Origin: Pirellulales bacterium
GTDB taxonomy: Bacteria; Planctomycetota; Planctomycetia; Pirellulales; JAICIG01
Direction: 5' to 3'
Length of the DNA: 64,000 nt
NCBI GenBank assembly: GCA_040901675.1
Contig: JBBDYJ010000001.1
Location: forward strand, 154,231-218,230
Every line of letters starts with the position of its first letter. Position 1 is the stretch's first letter. The notes under the pieces are model-generated. The model ran no database searches and was not told where the DNA came from. It saw only the letters and a program-made list of their open reading frames with translations. The translations under genes were made by a program, and so were the position numbers. Of this stretch, positions 29,613-41,406 are shown piece after piece.

Positions 29613-30296
29613 TCATCGCAGCCGCCGGGCCGATTCGATCAGCACCGTTTCCACCGGCAGCTTGTCGAACCCGGCCGTGCCGTGAACCTCGATGCGCTCC
29701 AGCTTGTCGAGCACCTCCAGGCCCTCCACCACCTCGCCGAACACGCAAAAGCCATATTCATCCGGGCCTTCGCCCCGGTGATCGAGCCCCGGGTTATCGG
29801 CCAGGTTGATGAAAAACTGGCATGTCGAGCTGTCGATGGCGTCAAGCTGTCGGGCCATGGCGATCGTTCCACGCAGATTCTTGCGCCCGTTAGCGGCCTC
29901 GTTCGGGATCGGGTACCGGCCCGGCTTTTCGGCCAGCTCGGGCGTGTAGGCGCCTCCCAGAGCAACGTAACCGGCATCCACATGATGGACGATGGTGTTG
30001 TTGTAGTGCCCGCCTTCCGCGTAGTTCAGAAAATTAGTCACAGTCCGCGGCGCCCGCTGGGCGTCCAGCTCGATGATGATTTCGCCCAGCGTTGTCCGTA
30101 GCGTCACTTGCGGGTTATTTCGCCTGCGAGGTGCCCTCGGGCTCGACAGGCTGTTCGCCGCCGCGGCCGCGTCGTCATCGACGGGCGATTCCGTCTTGGG
30201 CCCTTCGCTGCTGCAGCCGGCCGCGGCCAGCGCGATCGACAAGGAAAACGCCCAAATCAGTTTGAGGCGGTGTGCCATCGGTGTAGTAGCCTCCAT
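29613..30296 (-). CDS. Cyclophilin-type peptidyl-prolyl isomerase, lipoprotein
   Basis: AAAGC lipobox; APRTVTNFLNY, NLRGTIAMAR, SSTCQFFINL, FCVFGEVVEG. Confidence 0.9.
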   Translation of the reverse strand: MEATTPMAHRLKLIWAFSLSIALAAAGCSSEGPKTESPVDDDAAAAANSLSSPRAPRRRNNPQVTLRTTLGEIIIELDAQRAPRTVTNFLNYAEGGHYNNTIVHHVDAGYVALGGAYTPELAEKPGRYPIPNEAANGRKNLRGTIAMARQLDAIDSSTCQFFINLADNPGLDHRGEGPDEYGFCVFGEVVEGLEVLDKLERIEVHGTAGFDKLPVETVLIESARRLR

Positions 30297-30469
30297 GCTG
30301 GGTCGAAACCGGCCCTTGGCACGTCAGACCGGGGCCGGGAGTGGGTCGTGTACTCGCCCGGCCGCGGTTCGTGGGGCGCGGGGCGGCTATCATCGGCGGT
30401 TTGGCCATTCTCCGCAAGCTCGGTTGTCGCAGCCGGGCAAGCTGGCGAAACAGGAAGAATAGTCAAATG

Positions 30470-30521
30470 GCAGTAAATGTGCGTTTTGTTAGAATGCAAT
30501 AAATGTGCGTGTTGTTAGAAT
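30470..30521 (+). repeat. 26-bp tandem duplication in divergent promoter region
   Basis: GCAGTAAATGTGCGTTTTGTTAGAAT / GCAATAAATGTGCGTGTTGTTAGAAT (2 mismatches). Confidence 0.85.
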
Positions 30522-30527
30522 AAGGAC

Positions 30528-31457
30528 ATGTTGAGCCGCTGGTACTCGATTTCCGTGCTGGTTTTCTGGATCGCCACCATGAGCTGGCTGATCCAGCGAA
30601 AGGTGCTGCCCCCCTTGATCGTCGGCGAGCCGCCGACGTATCGGACCATCCTCGCCGACACACGCTCTGCCGCCGCCGTGGGCTGGACAATCTCCATGGA
30701 GGACCAGCCGCTGGGAGTTGCGACCAGCACACTGCGCCGGCTCGACGACGGCTCCAGCCAAATCCACAGCCAGATGCGCCTGACGCGGCTGCCGCTGGCC
30801 GAGTTGACGCCCGGCTGGATGAAGTCGCTGCTGCGGCTGCTCGACGTCGACGCGCGGCTGACGGACCGCACGCTGGCTCTCGATGCCGACAGCCGGTTGG
30901 AAATCGATCCACTGGGCCGGCCGGTCGCGTTCAATTCCAAGGCCACGTTCACCGAGCAGAGGCCACGCCAGTCGCTGCACGATGACGCCGTATCGGGCTT
31001 CGACGTGGTAATGCAGGGAGTCGTCGATGGCCGCTACATGAAGGTCAAGCTAAGATCCGGCGATTTCTTCTACAACAGCGACGTCTTCCTGCCCACCAAC
31101 GCCTTGATGAGCGACGTGTTCTCGCCCCAATCTCAGTTGCCCGGCCTCCGCGTGGGCCAGACCTGGACGGTGCCGGTCTATAGTCCGCTGGGGCCGCCCG
31201 GCAGTCCGATGGAAATCCTGCAGGCCACGGTCGAGCGCGACGAGCCGCTGGTATGGAACGGCCAGGTCGTGTCTACAAGGCTGGTCGTCTTCCGAGGAAA
31301 CCCTGGCTCGGGGTTGACAAGTGATCAGGCTCCGAAGGCCAGGGCCTGGGTCGATCGGGACGGCAATGTATTGAGACAAGAGTTGGTTCTGTTATCGGCC
31401 AGGCTTTCGTTTGAGCGGATGCCGGATGACCAGGTGCCCCCGCGGGCTGCCAGGTAA
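30528..31457 (+). CDS. Membrane-anchored hypothetical protein, first gene of an ABC operon
   Basis: AAGGA RBS; N-terminal transmembrane segment; beta-rich remainder. Confidence 0.75.
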   Translation: MLSRWYSISVLVFWIATMSWLIQRKVLPPLIVGEPPTYRTILADTRSAAAVGWTISMEDQPLGVATSTLRRLDDGSSQIHSQMRLTRLPLAELTPGWMKSLLRLLDVDARLTDRTLALDADSRLEIDPLGRPVAFNSKATFTEQRPRQSLHDDAVSGFDVVMQGVVDGRYMKVKLRSGDFFYNSDVFLPTNALMSDVFSPQSQLPGLRVGQTWTVPVYSPLGPPGSPMEILQATVERDEPLVWNGQVVSTRLVVFRGNPGSGLTSDQAPKARAWVDRDGNVLRQELVLLSARLSFERMPDDQVPPRAAR

Positions 31458-31484
31458 GGCTTTGATGGCGCGCTGCATGCCCGC

Positions 31485-32231
31485 ATGATCGAGTTCGAAA
31501 ACGTCACCCGGACTTATGGAGAAAAAGTGGCGGTGGCGGGGTTGAACCTGACCGTGCCCGCCGGCGAGCTCTTCGCTTTTCTAGGTCCCAACGGCGCGGG
31601 CAAAACGACCACCATCAAGATGCTGGTCGGCTTGTTGCGGCCGTCGGCCGGCCACGTCCGGCTGGGAGGCCACGACCTGGTCAGCGACAGCCGCAGTGCC
31701 TGCCGGCTGCTCGGATACGTGCCCGACGTGCCCTTTCTGTACGACAAGCTGACCGGGCGGGAGTTCCTGCACTTCGTGGCGGGCATGCACGGGCTGGACG
31801 ATACGGCCGACCAGCGCGTAGCCCGCGAATCGGCCCATTTCGAGCTGGGCGACTTCATCGATGAACTGACCGAGACGTACTCGCACGGCATGAAGCAGCG
31901 GCTGGTCTTCGCCGCCGCCTTGCTGCACGACCCCGCCGTGCTGGTGATCGACGAGCCGATGGTCGGCCTCGACCCGCGCAGCGCGCGGATGATGAAAAAC
32001 CTGCTGCGGTCCAAGGCGGCCGGAGGCACCGCGGTATTCATGTCGACGCACCTGTTGGACGTGGCCGAGGAAATCGCGGATCGGATCGGCATCGTCGATC
32101 ACGGCAGGCTCCGCTGCGTCGGCACACTCGAACAACTCCGCGGCGAGCTGGCCCTGCGGCATACCTCGCTCGAACAGCTTTTTCTGGACGTTACCGCGGC
32201 CAGTGGAAATGGGGAAAGACCAACGCAATAG
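31485..32231 (+). CDS. ABC transporter ATP-binding protein
   Basis: [30 protein letters not shown]. Confidence 0.93.
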   Translation: MIEFENVTRTYGEKVAVAGLNLTVPAGELFAFLGPNGAGKTTTIKMLVGLLRPSAGHVRLGGHDLVSDSRSACRLLGYVPDVPFLYDKLTGREFLHFVAGMHGLDDTADQRVARESAHFELGDFIDELTETYSHGMKQRLVFAAALLHDPAVLVIDEPMVGLDPRSARMMKNLLRSKAAGGTAVFMSTHLLDVAEEIADRIGIVDHGRLRCVGTLEQLRGELALRHTSLEQLFLDVTAASGNGERPTQ

Positions 32232-32239
32232 GGGACGGC

Positions 32240-34024
32240 ATGCCGGAGACTGCCGATCGAGTCGACGCCATTGCCGCGAGGCCGCTCGCGCCTTGGCAGG
32301 AAGCGCGCGTGTTCTGGCGGCTGCGCCGGCGCCTGATCGTTAACTTGCTGCGGCAGTCGCTGGATCAGGCGCGGCTCCGTGTTTCACTGGTCGTCCTGTT
32401 GACCGGGCTCTTATGGGTGGGGCTGTTCGCGCTGTTCGCCGAGGGGTTCCAGTTTCTCAAGTCGGCCATCCCCGAGCCCGTCACCCACGACGAGATGGTC
32501 CGGGCCGTGTTTCACATCTTCTTTGCATCCCTGATGCTGATGCTGGTCGTTTCGACCGGCATCATCCTGTACGGCGGCCTGTACCGCTCCGCCGAGGCCC
32601 GATTCCTGTTGACCATGCCGGTCCGGTCCCAGCGCGTGTTCCTGCACAAGTTCCAGGAAGCTGTCTTGTTCAGCAGTTGGGGCTTCCTGCTGCTGGGCAG
32701 CCCAATGTTCGTCGCTTACGGAGTGGTGGAAGATGCCCGCTGGTTCTATTTCGCCATGCTTTGCCCCTACATGCTGGGCTTTGTTTACATCCCGGCCGGC
32801 CTGGGCGCGCTGGGCGTGCTGACCCTCGTCCGCTGGCTCCCCCAGGCGCGGCGGCAACTCGTCTGGGCGGCCCTCGCGGCCGGCGGCTTGGGACTGGCAA
32901 TCATCGGCTGGTCGCTGGGATACGGGCTGGAAAGCGACCTGTTCACTCCCGACTGGTTCCAGGAGATGCTCGCGCGGCTGCGATTCAGCGAAAGCCCCCT
33001 CTTGCCAAGCTGGTGGCTCAGTTCCGGTTTGCTGGAGGCCGCCCGCGCCGGGTCTCGAGGGCCGGCGGCCCGCAGTGCCCTGGCGGAAAGCTCCATGTTC
33101 CTGGCCCTCACCATTTCCAACGCGCTGCTGATTCAACAAGCCGCCTTATGGGCGGCCGAACGGATCTACCGGGCCGGATACAACAGCTTGCACGGCGAGC
33201 GCACCAGCCGGCGCCGGATCAAGACGGCCTGGATCGACCGCGCTTTGTTCCGGGCCCTGTTCCCGCTCACGCGTCCGATGCGGCTCTTGGTGGTCAAGGA
33301 CCTGCGGTTGTTCCGGCGCGATCCGGTGCAATGGCTGCAAGTGCTGATCTTCTTCGGGCTCTTGGCCCTCTACTTCCTGAACATCCGCCGGCTGCGCTAC
33401 GACGTGAACTACATCAGTTGGGTCAACATGATCAGCTTCTTGAACCTGGCCGTGGTCGGCCTGATCCTCTCGACGTTTACGACCCGCTTCGTATTCCCGA
33501 TGATCAGTCTCGAAGGCCGCAGGTTCTGGATCCTGGGCCTGTTGCCCGTGCGCCGCGAGACCGTGCTGTGGAGCAAGTTCCTGTTTGCCGCCGCCGGATC
33601 GGTGGTGCCCACCTCGCTGTTGATTCTGCTCAGCGACGTGATGCTGCGGGTGCCCGCCCTGGTGATCGCGGTGCACATGCTGGCCTGTTTGCTCTTATGC
33701 TGCGGCCTGTCGGGCATCGCGGTCGGGCTGGGGGCCACGATGCCCAACCTGCGCGAGGATTCTCCTTCGCGGATTGCAGCCGGCTTCGGCGGCACGCTGA
33801 ACCTGGTCGTCAGCACCGTCTACATCCTGGCGGTCGTGGCGCTCACGGCCGTGCCCTGCCACTTCTATCTGGCCGAGGGCCAAGGTCTGGGCATCCTTTG
33901 GCCGAGCGCCCGCATTCAAAACTGGCTGGTGCTCGGCACATCGCTGAGCGTGCTGTTGGGCTTCCTGGTGACCATCGTCCCCCTCTGGCTCGGCTTCCGC
34001 GCCTTCCGCCGCATGGAGTTCTAA
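32240..34024 (+). CDS. Putative ABC exporter permease
   Basis: Many transmembrane segments; KDLRLFRRDP and SLEGRRFWIL motifs; adjacent ATPase gene. Confidence 0.8.
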   Translation: MPETADRVDAIAARPLAPWQEARVFWRLRRRLIVNLLRQSLDQARLRVSLVVLLTGLLWVGLFALFAEGFQFLKSAIPEPVTHDEMVRAVFHIFFASLMLMLVVSTGIILYGGLYRSAEARFLLTMPVRSQRVFLHKFQEAVLFSSWGFLLLGSPMFVAYGVVEDARWFYFAMLCPYMLGFVYIPAGLGALGVLTLVRWLPQARRQLVWAALAAGGLGLAIIGWSLGYGLESDLFTPDWFQEMLARLRFSESPLLPSWWLSSGLLEAARAGSRGPAARSALAESSMFLALTISNALLIQQAALWAAERIYRAGYNSLHGERTSRRRIKTAWIDRALFRALFPLTRPMRLLVVKDLRLFRRDPVQWLQVLIFFGLLALYFLNIRRLRYDVNYISWVNMISFLNLAVVGLILSTFTTRFVFPMISLEGRRFWILGLLPVRRETVLWSKFLFAAAGSVVPTSLLILLSDVMLRVPALVIAVHMLACLLLCCGLSGIAVGLGATMPNLREDSPSRIAAGFGGTLNLVVSTVYILAVVALTAVPCHFYLAEGQGLGILWPSARIQNWLVLGTSLSVLLGFLVTIVPLWLGFRAFRRMEF

Positions 34025-34162
34025 CTAGAGGCCCCACCGGTTATTGCCTGGGCCCAATTACGGTTGGCTCCCCGAGGCGGTGGCCCGGCAGGGACCTCGT
34101 CGCTACAATGTGGCCGACGGGCCAAAACGGCAAAACAGACAGTGAAGCGGGAGCGAACGGGC

Positions 34163-34946
34163 ATGGAATCTCGGCCGACGATCCGGGTCGGTGCGGTCAA
34201 TTACCTGAATACCAGGCCGCTGGTCCATGGGTTGACCGAACTGGCCCCCCGGATCAAGCTGGTGCTGGACCTGCCCAGCCGGCTGGCCGACTCGCTGGCG
34301 GCCGGCAGCCTGGACGTGGCGCTGATTCCCTCGATCGAGTATTTCCAGAACCCAGGCTATCGCATCGTGTCGGATGCCTGCATCGCCTGCCGGGGGCCGG
34401 TCCTGTCGGTCAAGTTGTTCAGCCGCGTTGCACCACAGCGGATCCGGACGCTGGCGCTCGACGAAGGCTCGCGGACCAGCGCTGCCCTGGCCCGCATCCT
34501 CCTGTCGGAGCGGTTCGGCCTCGAGCCGCGGCTGGAGGCGCTGCCCATTGGCTCCTCGCTCTCGGAGACCCGAGCCGACGCGGTGCTGTTGATCGGCGAC
34601 CGGGCCATCCACGCGCCCGGCGGCCCTTTCGCCGAGGTGTGGGATCTCGGCGACGAGTGGTGCCGCTGGGCCGAGCTCCCCTTCGTGTTTGCCATGTGGA
34701 CGGCCCGGCCCGGCGTGGAGCTGGAAGGTTTGGACGAGGCGCTGACGCGGGCCCGCGACCAGGGGCTGGAGCAACTGGCCCAGATCGCCCGCGCGGAGGC
34801 GGCCCCACTGGGGTTGTCGCAACCGCAGTGCCTCTCGTACCTCCGCGATAACCTGCATTTTTACCTGGGCCCGCGCGAGTTGCGTGGGTTGGAGCTGTTT
34901 TACCGGCTGGCCAGCCGCATGAACCTGGCGCCGGCGGGAGTGGAAC

Positions 34947-34975
<29 letters not shown>
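34163..34975 (+). CDS. mqnA: Chorismate dehydratase (futalosine menaquinone pathway)
   Basis: VNYLNTRPL, GPVLSVKL, SRTS, LLIGDRA, DLGDEW...LPFVFAMW. Confidence 0.92.
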
Positions 34976-36035
<1,060 letters not shown>

Positions 36036-36188
36036 CGCCGCCACCCGGTCCGCGCAACTGGGAGACGCATTGGCATCCGGGACACCGGTGCCTTTCACCC
36101 TGGGACTACCCGACCCCCCCCTCTTTTATCGCCAAACTGATAAGCTAGGCTCTGGTAGTACGCGCACCACGGAAGCGGCGGCAGCCTC

Positions 36189-36959
36189 ATGATTCACGTC
36201 CAGAACCTCATCAAGGAATATGCCGACCTGCGGCGAGGCAAGCTGGTGGCGCTGGGCGGTATCAGTTTTGACGCTTATCCGGGTCAGATCTACGGCCTGC
36301 TGGGACCCAACGGCGCCGGCAAAACCACGGCCCTGCGGATCATCAGCACGGTGCTGCGGCCCACGTCCGGCTCGGTGACGGTCAACGGATGCGACGTGGT
36401 GACACAGCCTTCGCAGGTCCGCCGGCAGATCGGCTTCATGTCGGCCAACACGGGCGTCTACGACCGGATGACCGCCTGGGAGATGGTCGATTACTTCGGC
36501 CGGCTGTATTCCATCCCGGAAGACAGGCTGCACGAGCGGATGGAACGCGTGTTCGACCGGCTGCAGATGAACGAGTTCCGCGACTTGCTGGGCGCCAAGA
36601 TGTCGACCGGCATGAAACAGAAGGTATCGATCGCCCGGGCCATCGTCCACGACCCACCGGTCCTGATCTTCGATGAGGCCACGTCGGGGCTCGACGTGCT
36701 GGTGGCCCGGGCCTTGTTGAAGACCGTGGCCGAGCTGCGCGAGCAAGGCAAGTGCATCCTGTTCTCGACGCACATCATGCGCGAGGCGGAGAAGCTCTGC
36801 GACCGCCTGGCCATCGTGCACCGGGGCCAGATGCTGGCGGAGGGCACGCTGGGCGATCTGGCCGACCGCTACGAAGAACGCGACCTGGAAGAACTGTTCT
36901 TTCGCCTGATCTCGAGCCACGACGAGCGGCACGCGCGCGCCGCGGCCTCGGCAATTTGA
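36189..36959 (+). CDS. NatA-like ABC ATP-binding protein
   Basis: [38 protein letters not shown]. Confidence 0.88.
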   Translation: MIHVQNLIKEYADLRRGKLVALGGISFDAYPGQIYGLLGPNGAGKTTALRIISTVLRPTSGSVTVNGCDVVTQPSQVRRQIGFMSANTGVYDRMTAWEMVDYFGRLYSIPEDRLHERMERVFDRLQMNEFRDLLGAKMSTGMKQKVSIARAIVHDPPVLIFDEATSGLDVLVARALLKTVAELREQGKCILFSTHIMREAEKLCDRLAIVHRGQMLAEGTLGDLADRYEERDLEELFFRLISSHDERHARAAASAI

Positions 36960-36990
36960 AGCACCCCGTTGCCCGCCGCCAGGGCGCACC

Positions 36991-39201
36991 ATGAACTGGA
37001 CGAACGTCAAACTGATCTTCTCGCGTGAAGTGCGGGACCAGTTGCGCGATCGGCGCACGTTGTTCATGATCGCCGTTCTGCCGTTGTTGTTGTACCCGCT
37101 GTTGGGCATGAGCATGTTCCAGGTGCTGCAGTTCGTGACCGAACATGCCACCAAGGTGCTGGTGATCGGGGCGGATGAGCTGCCCGAGTCCCCGGCGCTT
37201 CTCGACGCAGACCGCTTTGCAACCCGCTGGTTCAAGGATCCCGGCAACGACCGCTTGCTGGAGCTGACCATTGAACCGGGATCCCGTTCGGACCGCATTG
37301 CCACGGCCCGCGCCGAGCGGGCATTGGCACAAGGCGAGTTCGAGGCCGTGGTCTTTTTTCCGCCCGACTTCGCCGACCGTCTGTCGGCCTTCCGCAGAAG
37401 CCTCACCGAGCCGCGAACGGCCGAGGGCGCCGAGCGGGAGCAGGCGGCCGAGCAGATCCCCAGTCCCAGCATCTTTTACAACACGGCCAAGGAGAAATCG
37501 CAGATCACCTTTGCCCGCGTCTCGCAGGTGCTGGAGCGTTGGACCCAGGAAATCGGCCGGCAGAACCTGGCCGACAGCCACCTGCCCGAGTCGGCCGCCA
37601 GGCCCTTCGAGCTCTCGGAGCACGACGTGGCCGAGGCCGGGCACCGCGACGCCGCCGTGTGGTCGAAACTGCTCCCGTTTCTGCTGGTGATCTGGGCCCT
37701 GACAGGCGCCTTCTACCCGGCCGTCGACTTGTGCGCCGGCGAAAAAGAGCGCGGCACGCTGGAGACCTTGCTCAGCAGCCCCGCCGAGCGGATCGAGATC
37801 GTCTGGGGCAAGCTCTTGACCGTGATGCTGTTCAGCATGGTCACGGCCATATTGAACCTGGTGAGCATGGGGATCACCGGCGCCTTTGTGATGAACGTGC
37901 TGCCCGAGTTGGGCCGCCCCCCCGCACTGACACCGCTCTGGCTGTTGATCGCGCTGGTGCCCATGTCGGCCTTGTTCAGTGCACTGTGCATTGCGCTGGC
38001 CGCCTTTGCCCGCAGCACCAAGGAAGGGCAGTACTACCTGATGCCGCTGGTGCTGGTCACCATGCCGCTGGTGGTGCTGCCGATGGCGCCGGGCGTGGAA
38101 CTGACGCTGGGCAACAGCCTGATCCCCGTCACGGGCGTGGTGCTCTTGTTGCGGGCCATGGTCGAAGGCAACTACTGGCAGGCTCTGCCTTTCGTGCCTC
38201 CCGTGGCCGCCGTCACGCTGGCCTGCTGCCTGTGGGCGGTCCGCTGGGCGGTGGACCAGTTCAATGCCGAGAGCGTCTTGTTCCACGAAAGCGAGCGGCT
38301 CGACTTCGGACTATGGCTCAAGCATCTGATGCGCGATCGCGAGGCGACGCCCAGCGCTTCGGAGGCCTTGTTCTGCGGCGTGCTGATCCTGTTGATCAAG
38401 TTCTTCATGAACCTGGCGGTCCCCCAACCGGGCTCGTTCGCCGACCTGGCGGTCGTGACCCTTGTTTCCCAACTGGTCGTGGTGGCAACGCCGGCCCTGT
38501 TGATGACCGTCATGCTGACCCGCAGCCCCCGGCAGACGCTGCTGCTGCGGATGCCTCCCATCTGGTCGCTTCCCGCGGCAGCCGTGTTGGCGCTGGTGCT
38601 GCACCCGGCCGTGGTGCAACTGGGCGAGCTGGTGCAATGGCTCTACCCGGTGAAAAGCGAAGTCTATGAATCGGTGGCGGCCCTGTTCGCCCAGGCGCCT
38701 TCGCTCTGGCAGTTGCTGCTCTTGGTGGCAGTCATGCCGGCCATCTGCGAGGAGCTGGCATTCCGCGGCTTCATGCTGTCCGGACTGCGGCGCACGGGGC
38801 ACAAATGGCGGGCCATCGCCTTGAGCAGCTTCTTTTTCGGGCTGACGCACGGCCTTCTGCAGCAGTCGATCGTGGCTTGCGTCGTCGGCCTGTTGATCGG
38901 TTACCTGGTCGTGCAGAGCGGCAGCCTGCTGACAGGCATCGTTTTTCACCTGGTTCACAATGGGCTGGCCGTCGCCAGCGGTCCGCTCAGCGAGGCGTAT
39001 CCGGCGGAAAGCCCGCTGGTTTCATGGCTGGTGCGCCCAGGGGCCGAGGGCGGCTACGACTTCCAGTGGCCGGCGGTGCTGGTCGGGCTGGCGATCGCCG
39101 CCCTGCTCGTCAACCGCTTCCGGGGCCAGCACTATGCCAAGACGGCCGAAGAGGCCTTGCAGGAGGCGATCGATCACCAGAGCGCCCATGTCCCGGCGTA
39201 A
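36991..39201 (+). CDS. NatB-like ABC permease fused to a CPBP (CAAX/Abi) intramembrane metalloprotease domain
   Basis: REVRDQLRDRRTL, AGEKERGTLETLL; C-terminal EELAFRG, FGLTH, HLVHN. Confidence 0.88.
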   Translation: MNWTNVKLIFSREVRDQLRDRRTLFMIAVLPLLLYPLLGMSMFQVLQFVTEHATKVLVIGADELPESPALLDADRFATRWFKDPGNDRLLELTIEPGSRSDRIATARAERALAQGEFEAVVFFPPDFADRLSAFRRSLTEPRTAEGAEREQAAEQIPSPSIFYNTAKEKSQITFARVSQVLERWTQEIGRQNLADSHLPESAARPFELSEHDVAEAGHRDAAVWSKLLPFLLVIWALTGAFYPAVDLCAGEKERGTLETLLSSPAERIEIVWGKLLTVMLFSMVTAILNLVSMGITGAFVMNVLPELGRPPALTPLWLLIALVPMSALFSALCIALAAFARSTKEGQYYLMPLVLVTMPLVVLPMAPGVELTLGNSLIPVTGVVLLLRAMVEGNYWQALPFVPPVAAVTLACCLWAVRWAVDQFNAESVLFHESERLDFGLWLKHLMRDREATPSASEALFCGVLILLIKFFMNLAVPQPGSFADLAVVTLVSQLVVVATPALLMTVMLTRSPRQTLLLRMPPIWSLPAAAVLALVLHPAVVQLGELVQWLYPVKSEVYESVAALFAQAPSLWQLLLLVAVMPAICEELAFRGFMLSGLRRTGHKWRAIALSSFFFGLTHGLLQQSIVACVVGLLIGYLVVQSGSLLTGIVFHLVHNGLAVASGPLSEAYPAESPLVSWLVRPGAEGGYDFQWPAVLVGLAIAALLVNRFRGQHYAKTAEEALQEAIDHQSAHVPA

Positions 39202-39228
39202 TTGTTACCTGGAGCTGCGCCGATAGCC

Positions 39229-39945
39229 TTATTCGGCCGCATCGCCTCGCCGGAGCGAATCGAGTTGGTCTCGCAGCCCGGCGATCTCGTCGTCCTTTGC
39301 GGCAAGAGCTTCGTCTTTCGCTGCAAGGGCTTTGTTTTTTGCTGCAAGGGCTTCCTCCGGTGTTTGCAGCCATGCACTGGTCGCCGGATTCGAGACGCGC
39401 AAGTCGTCGCCGGCGGTTTCGAACTCCAGCGAGAGGACTTCGCTGGGCAGCCGCCCGGCCACTTGTTTTATGCGCACGTACTGACACCGCTGGAGTCGAT
39501 AGCCCTGGAGCTTGGGACGCAGGTACTCCCCATAAGGATCGAACAGAAAGTACTCCTGAACCCGCAGCGTATCGCGGTACAGCCGGTATTTCGTCTCCAG
39601 GTCTTCCTTTTTTGTGGAGGGGCTGGTGATTTCGATGATTAGTTGCGGCGCGAAGCCTTCCTCCCAGACGAGATAATAGTCACGCTGCTTGTCCTTGGGG
39701 ATGCCCTTGACGACAAAGACATCGGGCGCTACGTGCCTGTTCTTGTCGCCGGGCACATAGTACATCAGGTTGTTGCCCGATACGTACACTTGCGGGTCGT
39801 CGGCGAACCAGGTCCGCAACACCCCGATCAGATTGGTCAAGTTCCGCCCATGCGTTGGGGTCTCTGCCATGGGGCGGCCGTCTCCACTGGCGTACTCGGT
39901 CTGGGCACGAAGAGACGGTCCGGTTGGATGAGATGTCGTCGCCAT
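39229..39945 (-). CDS. Uma2/DUF820 family PD-(D/E)xK-like endonuclease
   Basis: DGRPMAET, VAPDVFVV, IEITSPST, EYFLFDP; C-terminal AAKxxAL heptad repeats. Confidence 0.9.
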   Translation of the reverse strand: MATTSHPTGPSLRAQTEYASGDGRPMAETPTHGRNLTNLIGVLRTWFADDPQVYVSGNNLMYYVPGDKNRHVAPDVFVVKGIPKDKQRDYYLVWEEGFAPQLIIEITSPSTKKEDLETKYRLYRDTLRVQEYFLFDPYGEYLRPKLQGYRLQRCQYVRIKQVAGRLPSEVLSLEFETAGDDLRVSNPATSAWLQTPEEALAAKNKALAAKDEALAAKDDEIAGLRDQLDSLRRGDAAE

Positions 39946-40069
39946 GATTGTGAGCGAACCCTCGAGAGCCACGCAACAACACTGTTATCAACTTTACGGT
40001 TGCCGCGGCCCAATGTCCACCTGACGAACGGGCGAATACTCTCCGCAAAGCAGCCGTTTCCGGCCCTTT

Positions 40070-40840
40070 TCAGATGCCGAACAGCCGGCGGGCGTTGGCG
40101 GTCGTCTCGGCGGCAAAATCGGGCAGCAGCCGCCCGCGCAGCTCGGCCAGGCACGCCGCCGTATGGACCAGGTGCGACGGTTCGTTGCGGCGGCCGCGCA
40201 GCGGATGTGGCGACAAGTAAGGGCTGTCGGTCTCGATCAGAATCCGGTCGGCCGGGATGCCGGCGGCCACGGCCCGCAGCGCATCCGACTTCTTGTACGT
40301 GACCATTCCCGCAAAACTGATATAGAGCCCCAACTCAATGCACTCGGCCGCCGTTTCAGCGCTGCCGGTGAAGGAGTGCATCACGCCGGCCAGCGGGCCG
40401 CGCAAACGCGCCTCGTGGAGCATCGCCAGCACGTCGTCGTCGCTGTCGCGGGTGTGTACGATGAACGGCAGGCCCCGTTCTTGCGACAGCCGCAAGTGCC
40501 TGTCGAAATAGTCGCGCTGCACGTCGAGCGGCGTGTAATCCCAGTACCGGTCGAGGCCCGTCTCGCCCAGCGCCACGACCTCGGCACGAGAAGCCAGCTC
40601 GATCACGCGCTGCCAGTCGCCGTCGCCCGCCTGGGCGCAATAGTTCGGTTGGATGCCGACCGACGCGAACAATCCCTGGTGAACCGAAGCCAATTCGACG
40701 CACGCCCGGCTGGAGTCGGCGGTCGTTGCCACCGCCATGGCGTACATCACTCCGGCCTCGCGGGCGCGGGCCAATACAGCCTCCAGATCGCCGGCGAACT
40801 CCTCCTGGTCCAAGTGAGCGTGGCTGTCGAAGAGTTCCAT
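40070..40840 (-). CDS. tatD: TatD family hydrolase/DNase
   Basis: DSHAHL, GETGLD, VHTRD, VMHSF, ETDSPYLSP. Confidence 0.93.
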   Translation of the reverse strand: MELFDSHAHLDQEEFAGDLEAVLARAREAGVMYAMAVATTADSSRACVELASVHQGLFASVGIQPNYCAQAGDGDWQRVIELASRAEVVALGETGLDRYWDYTPLDVQRDYFDRHLRLSQERGLPFIVHTRDSDDDVLAMLHEARLRGPLAGVMHSFTGSAETAAECIELGLYISFAGMVTYKKSDALRAVAAGIPADRILIETDSPYLSPHPLRGRRNEPSHLVHTAACLAELRGRLLPDFAAETTANARRLFGI

Positions 40841-40878
40841 GGAGGCCAATCCCCGCCGGCGCTCCGCCGAAGGACGAT

Positions 40879-41394
40879 CTAAACGACAGCCGTCTGCCGG
40901 CTGTCCGCTGCCCCGTGTCCCCTGTCTCCTTGGTTCGGCCCCTGCTGCCCGTCGGTCGCCTGTCGCCTGTCCCCTGCCCGGATCAGCGACTCGATGGCTT
41001 CCATGTGAGCACGCTCGCTGCCCAAGGTCTCTTCGGCCAGATCGTGAGCCCGCCGGTGGTCCGACAGCTCCCGCACCAGCATCGCGAGCTCCGCGATGTT
41101 CCGCCGCTGATGGCGAAGCAACTCCTTGATGAGATAGTCCAGCGACAAGAAGTGCGCGTCGGTGAACTCCATCGGATACTCACCCGGCTCGATGCGGCCA
41201 TTCAGCTCGAGAATCAACTCGGCGATTCGTTTGGCCATGGCCTGCTGATCGGCCATGATGTCGTCGAGCACGGCCGCCGCCTTGTCGTCCCCCGGGCCGG
41301 TCCAGGGGGCGGCATCGGTCAAGTAGATGGGAAACGAACGGTACTCCAGCGTGAGCAGCCGGTTCAACCCGTCGATGATTCGGCCTTGGCTCAT
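40879..41394 (-). CDS. Ferritin-like four-helix-bundle protein
   Basis: LNRLLTLEYRS...RIAELILELNGRI...ETLGSERAHMEAI resembles bacterioferritin helices. Confidence 0.65.
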   Translation of the reverse strand: MSQGRIIDGLNRLLTLEYRSFPIYLTDAAPWTGPGDDKAAAVLDDIMADQQAMAKRIAELILELNGRIEPGEYPMEFTDAHFLSLDYLIKELLRHQRRNIAELAMLVRELSDHRRAHDLAEETLGSERAHMEAIESLIRAGDRRQATDGQQGPNQGDRGHGAADSRQTAVV

Positions 41395-41406
41395 CGCGTG
41401 TTCACC

